A stretch of DNA of 64,000 nt, taken from contig JAJDWI010000086.1 of NCBI GenBank assembly GCA_022825665.1, positions 838 to 64,837 on the forward strand. Reading direction: 5' to 3'. Position 1 is the first letter of the stretch, and each line of letters opens with the position of its first letter. Made by a program: the position numbers and the translations under genes. This document shows positions 49,893 to 60,130 of this stretch, piece by piece. Source of the DNA: Candidatus Poribacteria bacterium (GTDB lineage Bacteria > Poribacteria > WGA-4E > WGA-3G). The notes under the pieces are model-generated. The model was not told the origin of the DNA and ran no database searches. It saw nothing but the letters and a program-made list of their open reading frames with translations.

Positions 49893-50633
49893 ATGAACGT
49901 ATTACTTGTTGGTGGATCAGGACACGTGGGTACAATGACACTTCCATATATGAAAGAACATCACAATTTCCGTGTCCTTGATCTTTCTCCGCCAAAAGAT
50001 GATTCCATTGAATACATCCAAGGTTCCGTTACAGATGTCAACATCGTTCAAGAAGCGTTAAAAGGTATGGACACATTCATCTACATGGTGATGCTACGTC
50101 CAACAAGTGATCGTTCATCCGTGGCAGATTTCCCAGATATCATTGCTAACTATGATGTGAATGCAAAAGGACTTCATATTCTACTTCATGCGGCAAAGGA
50201 AGCTGGAATAAAACACGGTGTCTACACAAGCACATTCACAGTGCATGAACGGACACGAAATAGTTATCCGTATGAAGATATCGTGCCACGTGATAATCCT
50301 GGGGTTTACGGACTAACCAAAAGTTTTGGCGAACAGGTATGCGAATACTTTGCTCGCGAACATAATATGTCTCTTATTGCACTGAGGATTACAGGACCAT
50401 CAACCCGTGAACAGTGGTTAGAACGTCGCACCCAACCCAAAGACCAATCTGTCCATATCTGGTGGACAGATGAGGAAGACCTCGCACGAGCATATCTGAC
50501 AGCCATTTCAGTTGAACATCAAGGGTTTGATGCAGTCTTTATCGCTGGAGACTATGAACAGAAGGAAATCAATCTCTCAAAAGCAAAACGTCTTCTCGGA
50601 TGGGAACCACTAACTCACAAGTCAAATTTGTAA
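49893..50633 (+). CDS. NAD-dependent epimerase/dehydratase (extended SDR)
   Basis: GGSGHVG and YGLTK. Confidence 0.88.
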   Translation: MNVLLVGGSGHVGTMTLPYMKEHHNFRVLDLSPPKDDSIEYIQGSVTDVNIVQEALKGMDTFIYMVMLRPTSDRSSVADFPDIIANYDVNAKGLHILLHAAKEAGIKHGVYTSTFTVHERTRNSYPYEDIVPRDNPGVYGLTKSFGEQVCEYFAREHNMSLIALRITGPSTREQWLERRTQPKDQSVHIWWTDEEDLARAYLTAISVEHQGFDAVFIAGDYEQKEINLSKAKRLLGWEPLTHKSNL

Positions 50634-50664
50634 CAAATAAAATAGATTCCCGTTTACTGTTTAT

Positions 50665-50693
50665 TTGACAATAATGTCACTTCATGCTATTAT
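50665..50693 (+). promoter_or_regulatory. Promoter with overlapping palindrome
   Basis: TTGACA-17-TATTAT. TGACA-N4-TGTCA at 50666-50679. Confidence 0.6.
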
Positions 50694-50741
50694 ATTCACG
50701 AAGATTACTAAAAATAGTGTGTAATTATGGTATAGTTGCTA

Positions 50742-50936
50742 ATGAAAGAAAAACCTGAGGCATTCACGGATCCTATCTTAGAAGAATTTTATCGCTACAA
50801 AACAACATACCCTACAAAATTAATCACCCTACAAGAACTCATTGATTATTTGCAGTCATACCAAACACAGTTAGACCATCCCAATGAGAATCTGTTTACG
50901 CTATCACACCCGACTGGAAGAAGTAATGATGACTGA
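50742..50936 (+). CDS. Small hypothetical protein (DPIxEE-type)
   Basis: 64-aa ORF downstream of a consensus promoter. Confidence 0.55.
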   Translation: MKEKPEAFTDPILEEFYRYKTTYPTKLITLQELIDYLQSYQTQLDHPNENLFTLSHPTGRSNDD

Positions 50937-51077
50937 TTTTTTAACAGATGTTTCAAATAATCAAAAAATAAAAACTAACTAATGATCTCAAATACTTTAC
51001 ACACACCGTAAGGATGTAAATACTTGCAAAAATATTAAAATTATGATATTCTCTTAGTTATTGAAGGATAATTTGAA

Positions 51078-51923
51078 ATGCAGCAACCAGAACTTACATT
51101 AACTGAACACCGACCCTTCCAAACCCAAAGAAAAGATACCTGGTGGGTTCAGCCTATGGCTGTTTTTCTCGGGTTAGGATTATTCATCGTTTATGCAACC
51201 TTTAGGGTTTTTGAAGGGAATCACTTCATACACGGACCCTACTTGACCCCATTTTATTCACCACTGCTTTTTATTCCGAAACATTTTCCAGAACTTTTTG
51301 GTCCTGAATCTGATACGGTTAGGCATGCCCTTAACCATAGTGTGTTTCGTTCAACAATGCCATCTTGGATACCTGGTATTATCACACCTGCAGTCCTAAT
51401 CTTATGGGCACCGCTTGGATTCCGATTCACATGCTACTACTATCGCGGTGCATATTATAAAGCATTTTGGGCTGATCCACCCTCTTGCACAGTATCTGAA
51501 CCACGTAAAGGTTATCGAGGTGAACATTCGTTTCCATTGGTTGTCCAAAACATACACCGCTATTTTCTATATGTTGCAATCGTTATAGTAGGTATATTGG
51601 CTTATGATGTTTGGAAGGCTCTCTGGTTTGATGTGAACGGTGAAACAAAATTCGGAATAGGAATAGGCACAATCATATTAGCAGGTAATGTTGTCCTATT
51701 AGGCGGATATACTTTTGGGTGTCACTCATTGCGACACTTAGTTGGTGGTGTTGTCGACTTACTTTCAAAAGCACCTATCCGCCGTAATATGTACAACTGT
51801 ATCAGTTGTTTGAATCAAAGACACATGCTCTGGGCGTGGATGAGTCTGTGTTGGGTAGGTTTATCTGATTTCTATGTCCGCACAATTGCAGTCACAGGTT
51901 GGCAGGATTACATTACATTTTAA
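51078..51923 (+). CDS. Succinate dehydrogenase membrane anchor (Sdh1/type F, Rv0249c-like)
   Basis: PFYSP, FRFTCYYYRGAY, QNIHRYF, GCHSLRH and HM.WAW motifs. Lies upstream of sdhA. Confidence 0.88.
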   Translation: MQQPELTLTEHRPFQTQRKDTWWVQPMAVFLGLGLFIVYATFRVFEGNHFIHGPYLTPFYSPLLFIPKHFPELFGPESDTVRHALNHSVFRSTMPSWIPGIITPAVLILWAPLGFRFTCYYYRGAYYKAFWADPPSCTVSEPRKGYRGEHSFPLVVQNIHRYFLYVAIVIVGILAYDVWKALWFDVNGETKFGIGIGTIILAGNVVLLGGYTFGCHSLRHLVGGVVDLLSKAPIRRNMYNCISCLNQRHMLWAWMSLCWVGLSDFYVRTIAVTGWQDYITF

Positions 51924-51985
51924 TATATAAATTGAATCCTAAAATTACGTAAAAATACGGTTCGGAAAAGCGAGGATAATATAGT

Positions 51986-53803
51986 TTGGCATCTTATGAA
52001 ACTTTTGAACATGACGTGTTAATCATCGGGGCAGGTGGCGCAGGACTACGTGCTGCAATAGAAGCAGCTGCAGATGGTTTAAAAGTCGGATTAGTATGTA
52101 AATCTCTACTTGGAAAAGCACATACGGTAATGGCAGAAGGCGGTGTTGCTGCAGCATTAGCGAATGTTGATGAGAGAGATAGTTGGCGTGTTCATTTTGC
52201 TGACACAATGCGTGGTGGACAGTATCTCTCAAATGCACGAATGGCAGAACTCCACGCAAAAGAATCACCTGATAGAGTCCGTGAACTGGAAGCATGGGGT
52301 GCACTCTTTGATCGCACAAAAGAAGGAAGTATACTGCAGCGGAACTTTGGAGGACATCAGTATCCAAGACTCGCTCACGTTGGTGATCGAACAGGTTTAG
52401 AAATGATTCGTGCATTGCAAGATCACGGTATTCACCAAGGTATTGATGTTCACATGGAAAATACCATTGTTTCTCTCCTAAAAACAGGAGATAGAGTTTC
52501 AGGTGCTTTCGGATACGAACGCGAAAAAGGACGTTTCAAAATCTTTTCTGCCAAAGCAGTTGTGTTGGCAACAGGAGGCGTTGGAAAAGCTTACAAAATC
52601 ACGAGTAACAGTTGGGAATATACAGGTGACGGTCATTCACTCGCATACCATGCTGGTGCTGAACTAATTGATATGGAATTTGTCCAGTTTCACCCAACAG
52701 GTATGGTGTGGCCCCCCAGTGTTAGAGGTATATTGGTTACCGAGGGAGTTAGAGGAGAAGGTGGAATCCTTACAAATAGTGAGGGAAACCGTTTCATGTT
52801 TGACGATATCCCTGAATTATATGTGAACCAAACTGCTGACAGTCCTGAAGAAGGATGGAATTACACACAAGGAGACAGAGAAGCACGAAGACCACCGGAA
52901 TTACTGACACGCGATCATGTTGCTCGCTGTATTGTTCGAGAAGTGCATGAAGGTAGAGGGAGTCCGCACGGTGGAGTGTTCTTAGACATCGCTTGGATTA
53001 AAGAAAAAATTCCAAATGCTCAGGAACATATCCGCAGAAAACTACCAAGCATGTATCATCAATTTAAAGAACTCGCTGACATAGACATTACACAAGAACC
53101 TATGGAGGTGGGTCCTACAACTCATTATATCATGGGAGGTATCAAAGTTGATGCGGATACACAAATGACTTGTGTACCTGGTCTATTTGCCGCGGGTGAA
53201 TGTGCAGCAGGTCTACACGGGGCAAACCGTCTCGGTGGTAATTCGCTTTCTGACCTACTTGTTTTTGGTAAACGAGCAGGTGAATACGCTGCCCAATTTG
53301 CTGCCGATAATGGCGAGGTAGCACTTGATGATAGTGCAATTGAGGAAATAGCACAACAGGTTCTACAACCATTTGATAACCCAGAAGATGGTGATAACCC
53401 TTATGAAATTCAAGCACAACTTCAAGACAAGATGCAGGAATTAGTGGGTATCGCACGTAGTCAAGAAAGTCTGATGCAAGCTTTAGAAGAAATACAGACC
53501 CTACGCGAGAAAGCGGACAGTGTTCATGCAATAGGAAATCGTGAATACAACGCAGGATGGCACACAGCACTTGATCTTGACTGTTTACTCACTGTCTCCG
53601 AATCAATTGCACTTGCAGCTTTGGAACGTAAAGCAAGTATCGGCGCACATTCTCGTGACGATTTCCCTGAGAAAGAGGAACAGGGTGCTGGAAAATATAA
53701 TACTATTGTCCAAAAATCTCAAGATAACACAATGGGTATTCGCCGTGAACCCGTTCCTGAATTGACCGAAGAATACCAAGAAATCATTGATGAAATGGGA
53801 TAA
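51986..53803 (+). CDS. sdhA: Succinate dehydrogenase/fumarate reductase flavoprotein
   Basis: GAGGAG, AHTVMAEGG, QFHPTG, TEGVRGEGG, HGANRLGGNSL. Confidence 0.95.
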   Translation: MASYETFEHDVLIIGAGGAGLRAAIEAAADGLKVGLVCKSLLGKAHTVMAEGGVAAALANVDERDSWRVHFADTMRGGQYLSNARMAELHAKESPDRVRELEAWGALFDRTKEGSILQRNFGGHQYPRLAHVGDRTGLEMIRALQDHGIHQGIDVHMENTIVSLLKTGDRVSGAFGYEREKGRFKIFSAKAVVLATGGVGKAYKITSNSWEYTGDGHSLAYHAGAELIDMEFVQFHPTGMVWPPSVRGILVTEGVRGEGGILTNSEGNRFMFDDIPELYVNQTADSPEEGWNYTQGDREARRPPELLTRDHVARCIVREVHEGRGSPHGGVFLDIAWIKEKIPNAQEHIRRKLPSMYHQFKELADIDITQEPMEVGPTTHYIMGGIKVDADTQMTCVPGLFAAGECAAGLHGANRLGGNSLSDLLVFGKRAGEYAAQFAADNGEVALDDSAIEEIAQQVLQPFDNPEDGDNPYEIQAQLQDKMQELVGIARSQESLMQALEEIQTLREKADSVHAIGNREYNAGWHTALDLDCLLTVSESIALAALERKASIGAHSRDDFPEKEEQGAGKYNTIVQKSQDNTMGIRREPVPELTEEYQEIIDEMG

Positions 53804-53815
53804 CAGACACATTAT

Positions 53816-53900
53816 TAGGACTCACACAATTCCCGGTAGGTGCAGTTTCTAATCGCACTACATGGTAATAGCGATAAACATGTAAATTGCGTAAGTTCTG
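53816..53900. mobile_element. Degenerate MITE of the CAGGACTTACGCA family
   Basis: TAGGACTCACACA...TGCGTAAGTTCTG with internal GTAG-GTGC...GCAC hairpin. Sits between sdhA and sdhB. Confidence 0.7.
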
Positions 53901-53917
53901 ACAACAAGGAATCCATA

Positions 53918-54658
53918 ATGGAAAAAGCAACTTTTAGAATTTGGCGTGGTGATGCTAACGAAGCACAATATGTTGATTACGAAACTGAAGTCTCGGAAGG
54001 GATGGTAGTTTTAGATGCCGTACACCGCATTCAAGCTGAACAAGCAAATGATTTGGCTGTTAGATGGAATTGTAAAGCTGGTAAATGTGGATCCTGTTCC
54101 GCTGAGGTAAATGGCAACCCAAAATTATTGTGTATGACACGTCTTAACGATTTACCACTTGACCAACCTGTTACCGTTGAACCGATGCGTGCATTTCCCA
54201 TTATCAAGGACCTGGTTACAGATGTGTCATGGAATTTTAAGGTAAAAGAAAAGATGAAACCATTTACTCCGCGTCCACCAGATGAGGAAGATGGCACGTG
54301 GAGAATGGAACAAGAGGACATTGACCATATTCAAGAATTCCGTAAATGCATTGAATGTTTTCTGTGTCAGGACGTGTGTCATGTTTTACGCGAACATGAT
54401 CTACACGATGAATTCATCGGACCCCGATTCTTCGTCTATGCCGCATCTTTAGAAATGCATCCTATTGATACTGAAAATCGTTTGGAGGAATTGAAAAATC
54501 AGGACGGGATCGGATATTGTAACATTACCAAATGCTGCACGAAAGTTTGTCCAGAACATATCACGATTACAGATAATGCCATCATCCCACTAAAAGAACG
54601 CGTTGTTGACCAGTTTTATGATCCAATAAAAAGACTTTTCCGTGTGTTTAGTAGTTAA
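53918..54658 (+). CDS. sdhB: Succinate dehydrogenase iron-sulfur subunit
   Basis: CKAGKCGSC...C, CIECFLCQDVC and CNITKCCTKVCP. ATG 53918 after AAGGA. Confidence 0.95.
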   Translation: MEKATFRIWRGDANEAQYVDYETEVSEGMVVLDAVHRIQAEQANDLAVRWNCKAGKCGSCSAEVNGNPKLLCMTRLNDLPLDQPVTVEPMRAFPIIKDLVTDVSWNFKVKEKMKPFTPRPPDEEDGTWRMEQEDIDHIQEFRKCIECFLCQDVCHVLREHDLHDEFIGPRFFVYAASLEMHPIDTENRLEELKNQDGIGYCNITKCCTKVCPEHITITDNAIIPLKERVVDQFYDPIKRLFRVFSS

Positions 54659-54677
54659 ACGTTAGGAGTAAGTAATA

Positions 54678-55811
54678 ATGGCAAGCAAAAATGATATATT
54701 GAGAGTCGGTGTGATTGGACCTGGTGGTGCTGGACGTGGAAATACAATGGGATTTGCGACACGTCCCGATGCAAAGGTCGTAGCCGCAGCCGACGCGTAC
54801 GAATCAAGTTTAGATGCTTTAGAAAACGCACTACAGGAACGTGTTGAAGATTATAAACCCAATAGTATGAAACGTTATCTCGGTGAATATGAATTTATTG
54901 AGATGCTCAATCATGAAGATTTAGACATTGTTGGTGTCTTCTCACCACATTCTATGCACGATATTCATGTCAAATACGCCCTACGTGCTGGATGTCATGT
55001 TATCGTTGAAAAACCGATGGCAAATATTGTCGGAGATGCCATAACCATTACAAGAATAGCCCTCGGTAGTGACTTGCATCTGGTCGGTGGTTACCAACGG
55101 CACTACGAAAATACATACATTACCGGTAGACGCGGTATTGCAGAAGGTCTCATCGGTAACCTGAAAAAGTTTGAGGTATACATGGCACAAAGATGGGGTG
55201 CTGGTGGATGGCGTGGTGACCCTCGTTTTTCTGGTGGTGGACAACCCAACGATTCAGGCAGCCACCTACAGGATATATTCCTGTGGATGACCAATACTTT
55301 ACCCGCTGAAGTTTATGGGACAACTGATATGAAATTTGAGGACGATGACGGTAATCTCGTACCAAAATTTGTTGAGATTAATTCATACTCCGATGTAAAA
55401 CTTGACAATGGTGCAGAAGGCACAATCACTATCCTTGGAAATACACGTGTGGGGTTCGAAGAGTGGGTGATTCTTGAAGGAGACGAAGGTACAATCGAAA
55501 TCAAAAATGGAATACGTTATACTCCAAAAGGTGGAGAAACTGAAGAACTTTCATTCCCACGTCCTGAAGGATATCCAAGAAGCAAGGTTGACCAACTTGT
55601 TGGTCTCGTAAAAGGTGAATATAAGTCAAATTACACATCAGGAATCAACGGAATACGAACAAGTTGGTTGACAAACTCAATTCTTGAAGCAGGAAGAGGA
55701 CCGGATGAAAAAAATAGGATTGATTGTGATGAACTTATTGAAAAAGAAGGATATACTCGTCAAGATGTATTGGATTTAATTGATCAATGCACCTCAAAAC
55801 AGATGTTTTAG
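54678..55811 (+). CDS. Gfo/Idh/MocA-family oxidoreductase
   Basis: GVIGPGGAG, HVIVEKPM, GGG...D.GSH..D. Confidence 0.9.
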   Translation: MASKNDILRVGVIGPGGAGRGNTMGFATRPDAKVVAAADAYESSLDALENALQERVEDYKPNSMKRYLGEYEFIEMLNHEDLDIVGVFSPHSMHDIHVKYALRAGCHVIVEKPMANIVGDAITITRIALGSDLHLVGGYQRHYENTYITGRRGIAEGLIGNLKKFEVYMAQRWGAGGWRGDPRFSGGGQPNDSGSHLQDIFLWMTNTLPAEVYGTTDMKFEDDDGNLVPKFVEINSYSDVKLDNGAEGTITILGNTRVGFEEWVILEGDEGTIEIKNGIRYTPKGGETEELSFPRPEGYPRSKVDQLVGLVKGEYKSNYTSGINGIRTSWLTNSILEAGRGPDEKNRIDCDELIEKEGYTRQDVLDLIDQCTSKQMF

Positions 55812-55884
55812 ATAAAATATGCTCTCCGTGTGTTGAAATGGATTCAATACTCATTGTTCATTCAGATTAGTAAGGAGAAAAACC

Positions 55885-57822
55885 ATGAAATATGTCAACT
55901 TTTGTCTATTGGCTACTCTCTTATTCATAATGATCGCAATGATAGGTTGTTTACCCGGTAGTGAATTGGGTACAGCGAAAAAATTAGAGGAAGCAAAGGA
56001 CTATAGAGGAGCGATAGAAGTATACCAAGGTGTAGTAGTTAACAAACCTGGCACTACTGAGGCACGACAAGCACAACTTGCTATCGGTAAACTTTACATA
56101 GAAAAGATGAATAGACCGCAAGAAGGCATCAAAGCTTATCAAGCAGTTATCAATGATGCTCCAGAAAGTGATGAAGCTGCCGAAGCACGATATAGTCTTG
56201 GAATGCAATACTATCGTCAACAGGAATATGAGGAAGCACAAACACAATTTGATACAATTATCAACGACTTCCCTAATCTTGAATTGAGTCACAAAGCACA
56301 GTTGATGTTAGCTAAAAGTTATGAAGATGGACAGAAATATGAACTTGCTGTAGAGGTATTTGATAACTTCGCAAACAGGAACCCACAAAGTGAACGTGCA
56401 GCACAAGCACTCGCAAATAAAGCACGTATCCAAAGAAATCTTCTAAAAGACGATGACGAGGCAAAACGCACACTACAGTTTTTGGTTAAAAAGTATGGTA
56501 ATATAGATACCGCACAGTCCCATATTGAAAAAGCTAAAGAAGAGTTAAATGATCTCAATGCTGAAATTCCGAAACCAGAGAATCCTGAAGAAACTCAAAT
56601 CGGAAGGGCTATGGCGAGACAACAGGAACGACGGGAAATGAATCGTCCACGTGGTGGAAGCGAAGTAAGCCCAACTATGAAATCAAAGGTTGTCGTTGAG
56701 GATTCAGGTTTTGGTATTAGTGCCGAGGAAGTTATGAGAAGTTTTGGTGGAGAAACTGCTATAGCAGGTGACGAACAAGGCACATATTATGATGCCGAAT
56801 TGATGATTGCTGGGTTTTTCTATGGAGACGAAAACTATCGTGATGCCGGAGCACTGTACTTTGATGCAATATCACGCGCAGAAGCAGAAAAGGTTAGGCT
56901 TGAACCACTCAATTACCTGCGCCTTTCAATTTGTTATCGGAAACTTGGTATGCATCAAAAAGCTGCAAAGGTTCTGAAGAAAGCCGCAAGTCGCGACCCA
57001 AAGGTTATTGATGCAGTAAAATCTACGGGACAGAATCAATATACCAATGGTGAATATGAAAAAGCACTTGAGACATTTAAGTCTGTGATCGGACTGAACC
57101 GAAACAAAGATACCGAATTATATTGGTTTGTAGGTAAGACCTATGAAAAACTTGGTGACTATAAAAAAGAGAGAGAAGCCTTTGAACGTGCTGTTGCAAT
57201 TAATCCTGAGGATACGGACGCATTGCAAAGTCTCGCGGAAGTACTACATTTCCGTTTGAAGGAACGTAAGTTAGCAGTAGTTTTCCAAGACCTCGTAGAA
57301 AATAAGAGAGATTCTTTTGAAACGATGAAAATCCTTGGGGACGTTTGTTATAAATACGGTGAATACAGCAAAGCACAAATTAAGTATAAGGCTGCCGCCA
57401 GAACCGCAAAACGGCATCTGGAAAAATCAGAAAATGTTGCTGAGAAAAAGATACTAACTCACCAGTACGGTCATGGTACAATCCTTGCAGCAATTTCAAC
57501 ATATAAACAAGGTCGGGAAGAAGATGCACTAAAGTTAATTGACACACTCACAAGTGAATATCCTGATCATACACTGCTTCCTTATGCAAATGGTGAAATT
57601 GCACTCATTAAAGGGGATGAACAGGGAGCGGTTGATGCATTTAAAGAAGCTATCGAAAAAAATCCGAATTCGGATATTCCTGTAATTGCTCTTGGAGATT
57701 ACTATGTATCAAAAGGATATAATGACGAAGCAATAGCATTATGGGAAGGATATTTGGAAACGGATAAGTATAATGCCAAAGTCATGCGCCGGTTAAAGCC
57801 GCTTAAGGATAGTAGTGAGTAA
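55885..57822 (+). CDS. TPR-repeat lipoprotein (BamD/CpoB-like N-terminal repeats)
   Basis: Lipobox MIGC and multiple TPR repeats. Confidence 0.85.
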   Translation: MKYVNFCLLATLLFIMIAMIGCLPGSELGTAKKLEEAKDYRGAIEVYQGVVVNKPGTTEARQAQLAIGKLYIEKMNRPQEGIKAYQAVINDAPESDEAAEARYSLGMQYYRQQEYEEAQTQFDTIINDFPNLELSHKAQLMLAKSYEDGQKYELAVEVFDNFANRNPQSERAAQALANKARIQRNLLKDDDEAKRTLQFLVKKYGNIDTAQSHIEKAKEELNDLNAEIPKPENPEETQIGRAMARQQERREMNRPRGGSEVSPTMKSKVVVEDSGFGISAEEVMRSFGGETAIAGDEQGTYYDAELMIAGFFYGDENYRDAGALYFDAISRAEAEKVRLEPLNYLRLSICYRKLGMHQKAAKVLKKAASRDPKVIDAVKSTGQNQYTNGEYEKALETFKSVIGLNRNKDTELYWFVGKTYEKLGDYKKEREAFERAVAINPEDTDALQSLAEVLHFRLKERKLAVVFQDLVENKRDSFETMKILGDVCYKYGEYSKAQIKYKAAARTAKRHLEKSENVAEKKILTHQYGHGTILAAISTYKQGREEDALKLIDTLTSEYPDHTLLPYANGEIALIKGDEQGAVDAFKEAIEKNPNSDIPVIALGDYYVSKGYNDEAIALWEGYLETDKYNAKVMRRLKPLKDSSE

Positions 57823-57838
57823 ACGAAACAAGATTGTC

Positions 57839-57871
57839 TGTGTAGATGCGGTAATTAAACCCATCTACACA
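57839..57871. terminator. Hairpin after TPR gene (terminator or REP-like)
   Basis: 10-bp stem TGTGTAGATG / CATCTACACA. Confidence 0.55.
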
Positions 57872-57943
57872 AGATAATTGTTAGTTGTATACCTCATTTT
57901 TCTTTTATAGTTTTCAATGCTTAAGGTTTTTTTGAAAAAAGAC

Positions 57944-57972
57944 TTGACATAAAATATAAAATTGTGTATAAT
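57944..57972 (+). promoter_or_regulatory. Consensus sigma70 promoter upstream of rho
   Basis: TTGACA-17-TATAAT. Confidence 0.8.
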
Positions 57973-58388
57973 ATAAACTGAAATGATTCAAACGATGGAT
58001 CAACATTCGGTCCAACACATAGAGGATGTCATATTCCTACCAACTTTTCATACGGACCCCAAAAATAAATTCCAAATACAGTATTTGTCAGACATGTACC
58101 CGCCAAAATTAACCAATAGTTGATGCTGGTGCTTGTTTGCCCACCGAGTGTGATGAATATTTACCCTACAATGTATAATACGTTCCAAAAAACTCTTATA
58201 ACTCATTTATATATCTCTGGTATTATTGACCAGAACTTAACTAACTATATTAGACAGTACTGTGAAGAGTACAGTCTACTGTCAGAATCACAAGTAATTC
58301 CCTGTACCAAAATTAACTATGTCAAAAGATAATCTATATTTGACGTGTTGTAAGTTGACACAGGTTTTTCTGAGGAGTATGAATAAAT

Positions 58389-59717
58389 ATGGAGAGCTTG
58401 GAAATCGGCAAGCTCCGTGAAATGGAGATTTCCACCTTAAAAACCATGGGGCAATCCTACGGTATTGAAGACTGTAGTTCATTTCGAAAGGATGAACTCA
58501 TTGCACGTATTCTTGAAGTGGTATCTGAAAAGAATATCCCCCTATATGGAAAAGGAGTGCTTCAAATCTTAGATGACCGTGATCAGAATTACGGTTTTCT
58601 ACGGTCTCCGCGCTCAAATTATTTTCAGAGTGATGAAGATATATATGTCTCATCTTCACAAATACGATTGTTTGGGCTGCAGACTGGACATGTTGTGGAA
58701 GGGTTGGTACGTCCTCCAAAAAAATCGGAGAACAAAACTGAACGCTATTATGCGTTGTTACAGATAGAGAAAGTCAACGGTGAACCACCGGAATTAGTTA
58801 AAACCAGAACATCTTTTGACGACCCAATGCCGGTTTTTCCCTATGAACAGTTAAAATTGGAACACAAATCTTCTGAATTCGGCACGCGTATTATTGACCT
58901 GATTTCGCCTATCGGTAAAGGACAGCGCGGTTTAATTGTCGCACCACCTTACTGTGGTAAAACAACACTGTTAAAAAATATAGCCTGTGGGATTGAAGCG
59001 AATCATCCGGAAACTTCACTCATCTTTTTGCTAATTGATGAACGCCCGGAAGAGGTAACAGATGTTATACGCACAGTACAAGGGGAAGTTATCAGTTCTA
59101 CATTTGACGAACCGCCTGATCGACACATACAGGTTGCGGAAATGGCACTTGAAAAAGCAAAACGCATGGTTGAATGCGGTGAAGACGTTGTCATATTACT
59201 CGACAGTATGACTCGACTTGCAAGAGCACACAATATGATCGCACCCAACAGTGGCAGAACCTTAACCGGTGGATTAGATGCTATGGCATTTGTAAAACCA
59301 CGTAGATTCTGTGGTGCTGCACGTAAATTTGAAGAGGGAGGAAGTCTAACGATTATCGCTTCTGTTCTTGTTGATACTGAAAGTAGGTCGGATACCTATA
59401 TCTATGAGGAATTCAAAGGTACAGCAAATATGGAAATCCACATGGATCGAACACTGTTAGAACTACAGATCTTTCCTGCAATCAATATCGAAAAATCAAG
59501 AACGCGCCGCGAAGAACTTTTGTTAAAACCTGATGTACTCAACAAAGTATGGGTTTTACGTAAGTTTATCAGTCAAATGAGCATGGCTGAATCAATGGAA
59601 CTCCTGCTACAGCAATTTAGCAAGTGTGAAACCAATGAAGAATTTCTTGAAAGAATGACTGCTGATGCAGGGGATACAGGAAAACAACGTCCTAAACCTG
59701 TCAGATCTGGAAAATAA
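58389..59717 (+). CDS. rho: Transcription termination factor Rho (divergent)
   Basis: YGFLR, DIYVS.SQIR, PIGKGQRGLIVAPP, IDERPEEVTD, EEFKGT.NME. Confidence 0.95.
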   Translation: MESLEIGKLREMEISTLKTMGQSYGIEDCSSFRKDELIARILEVVSEKNIPLYGKGVLQILDDRDQNYGFLRSPRSNYFQSDEDIYVSSSQIRLFGLQTGHVVEGLVRPPKKSENKTERYYALLQIEKVNGEPPELVKTRTSFDDPMPVFPYEQLKLEHKSSEFGTRIIDLISPIGKGQRGLIVAPPYCGKTTLLKNIACGIEANHPETSLIFLLIDERPEEVTDVIRTVQGEVISSTFDEPPDRHIQVAEMALEKAKRMVECGEDVVILLDSMTRLARAHNMIAPNSGRTLTGGLDAMAFVKPRRFCGAARKFEEGGSLTIIASVLVDTESRSDTYIYEEFKGTANMEIHMDRTLLELQIFPAINIEKSRTRREELLLKPDVLNKVWVLRKFISQMSMAESMELLLQQFSKCETNEEFLERMTADAGDTGKQRPKPVRSGK

Positions 59718-59817
59718 TCTATATCATCAATCTTTGTATAGAATCTATCCCTAACTACGTTTATTTATTAATTTCAATATAATCAACACCACATATTTAA
59801 AATGAAGGATTGAACTT

Positions 59818-60030
59818 ATGAAACCTGAAATCCATCCAGAAACAACAGAATGCACTATCAACTGTGTTTGTGGAGCAACTTATCAAACAGTTACAGTCGA
59901 ATCAGAGATGAGAGTAGACGTTTGTGCTAAATGTCATCCGTTCTATACTGGGCAACAAACAAGATTTATTGATACTGCTGGACGTGTGGAAAGTTTCCGT
60001 CGTCGTTATGGTATTACAGATAAATCGTAA
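59818..60030 (+). CDS. rpmE: 50S ribosomal protein L31 (zinc-binding type)
   Basis: [29 protein letters not shown]. Confidence 0.97.
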   Translation: MKPEIHPETTECTINCVCGATYQTVTVESEMRVDVCAKCHPFYTGQQTRFIDTAGRVESFRRRYGITDKS

Positions 60031-60130
60031 TTATACCAAGAGTGCCTTTATTTCCAGTTGATACAAATCCTTAGTTATTTACTACAATGATTTTGTGTAT
60101 ATACTAATTCATTCTGTGAAGTGAAAAGTT

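Noticed and set aside
50742-50936. Fourth Sdh subunit
   Set aside because: The sdh genes have their own promoter-like sequence (TTGCAA-17-TATTCT, 51024-51052), and there is no recognisable similarity.
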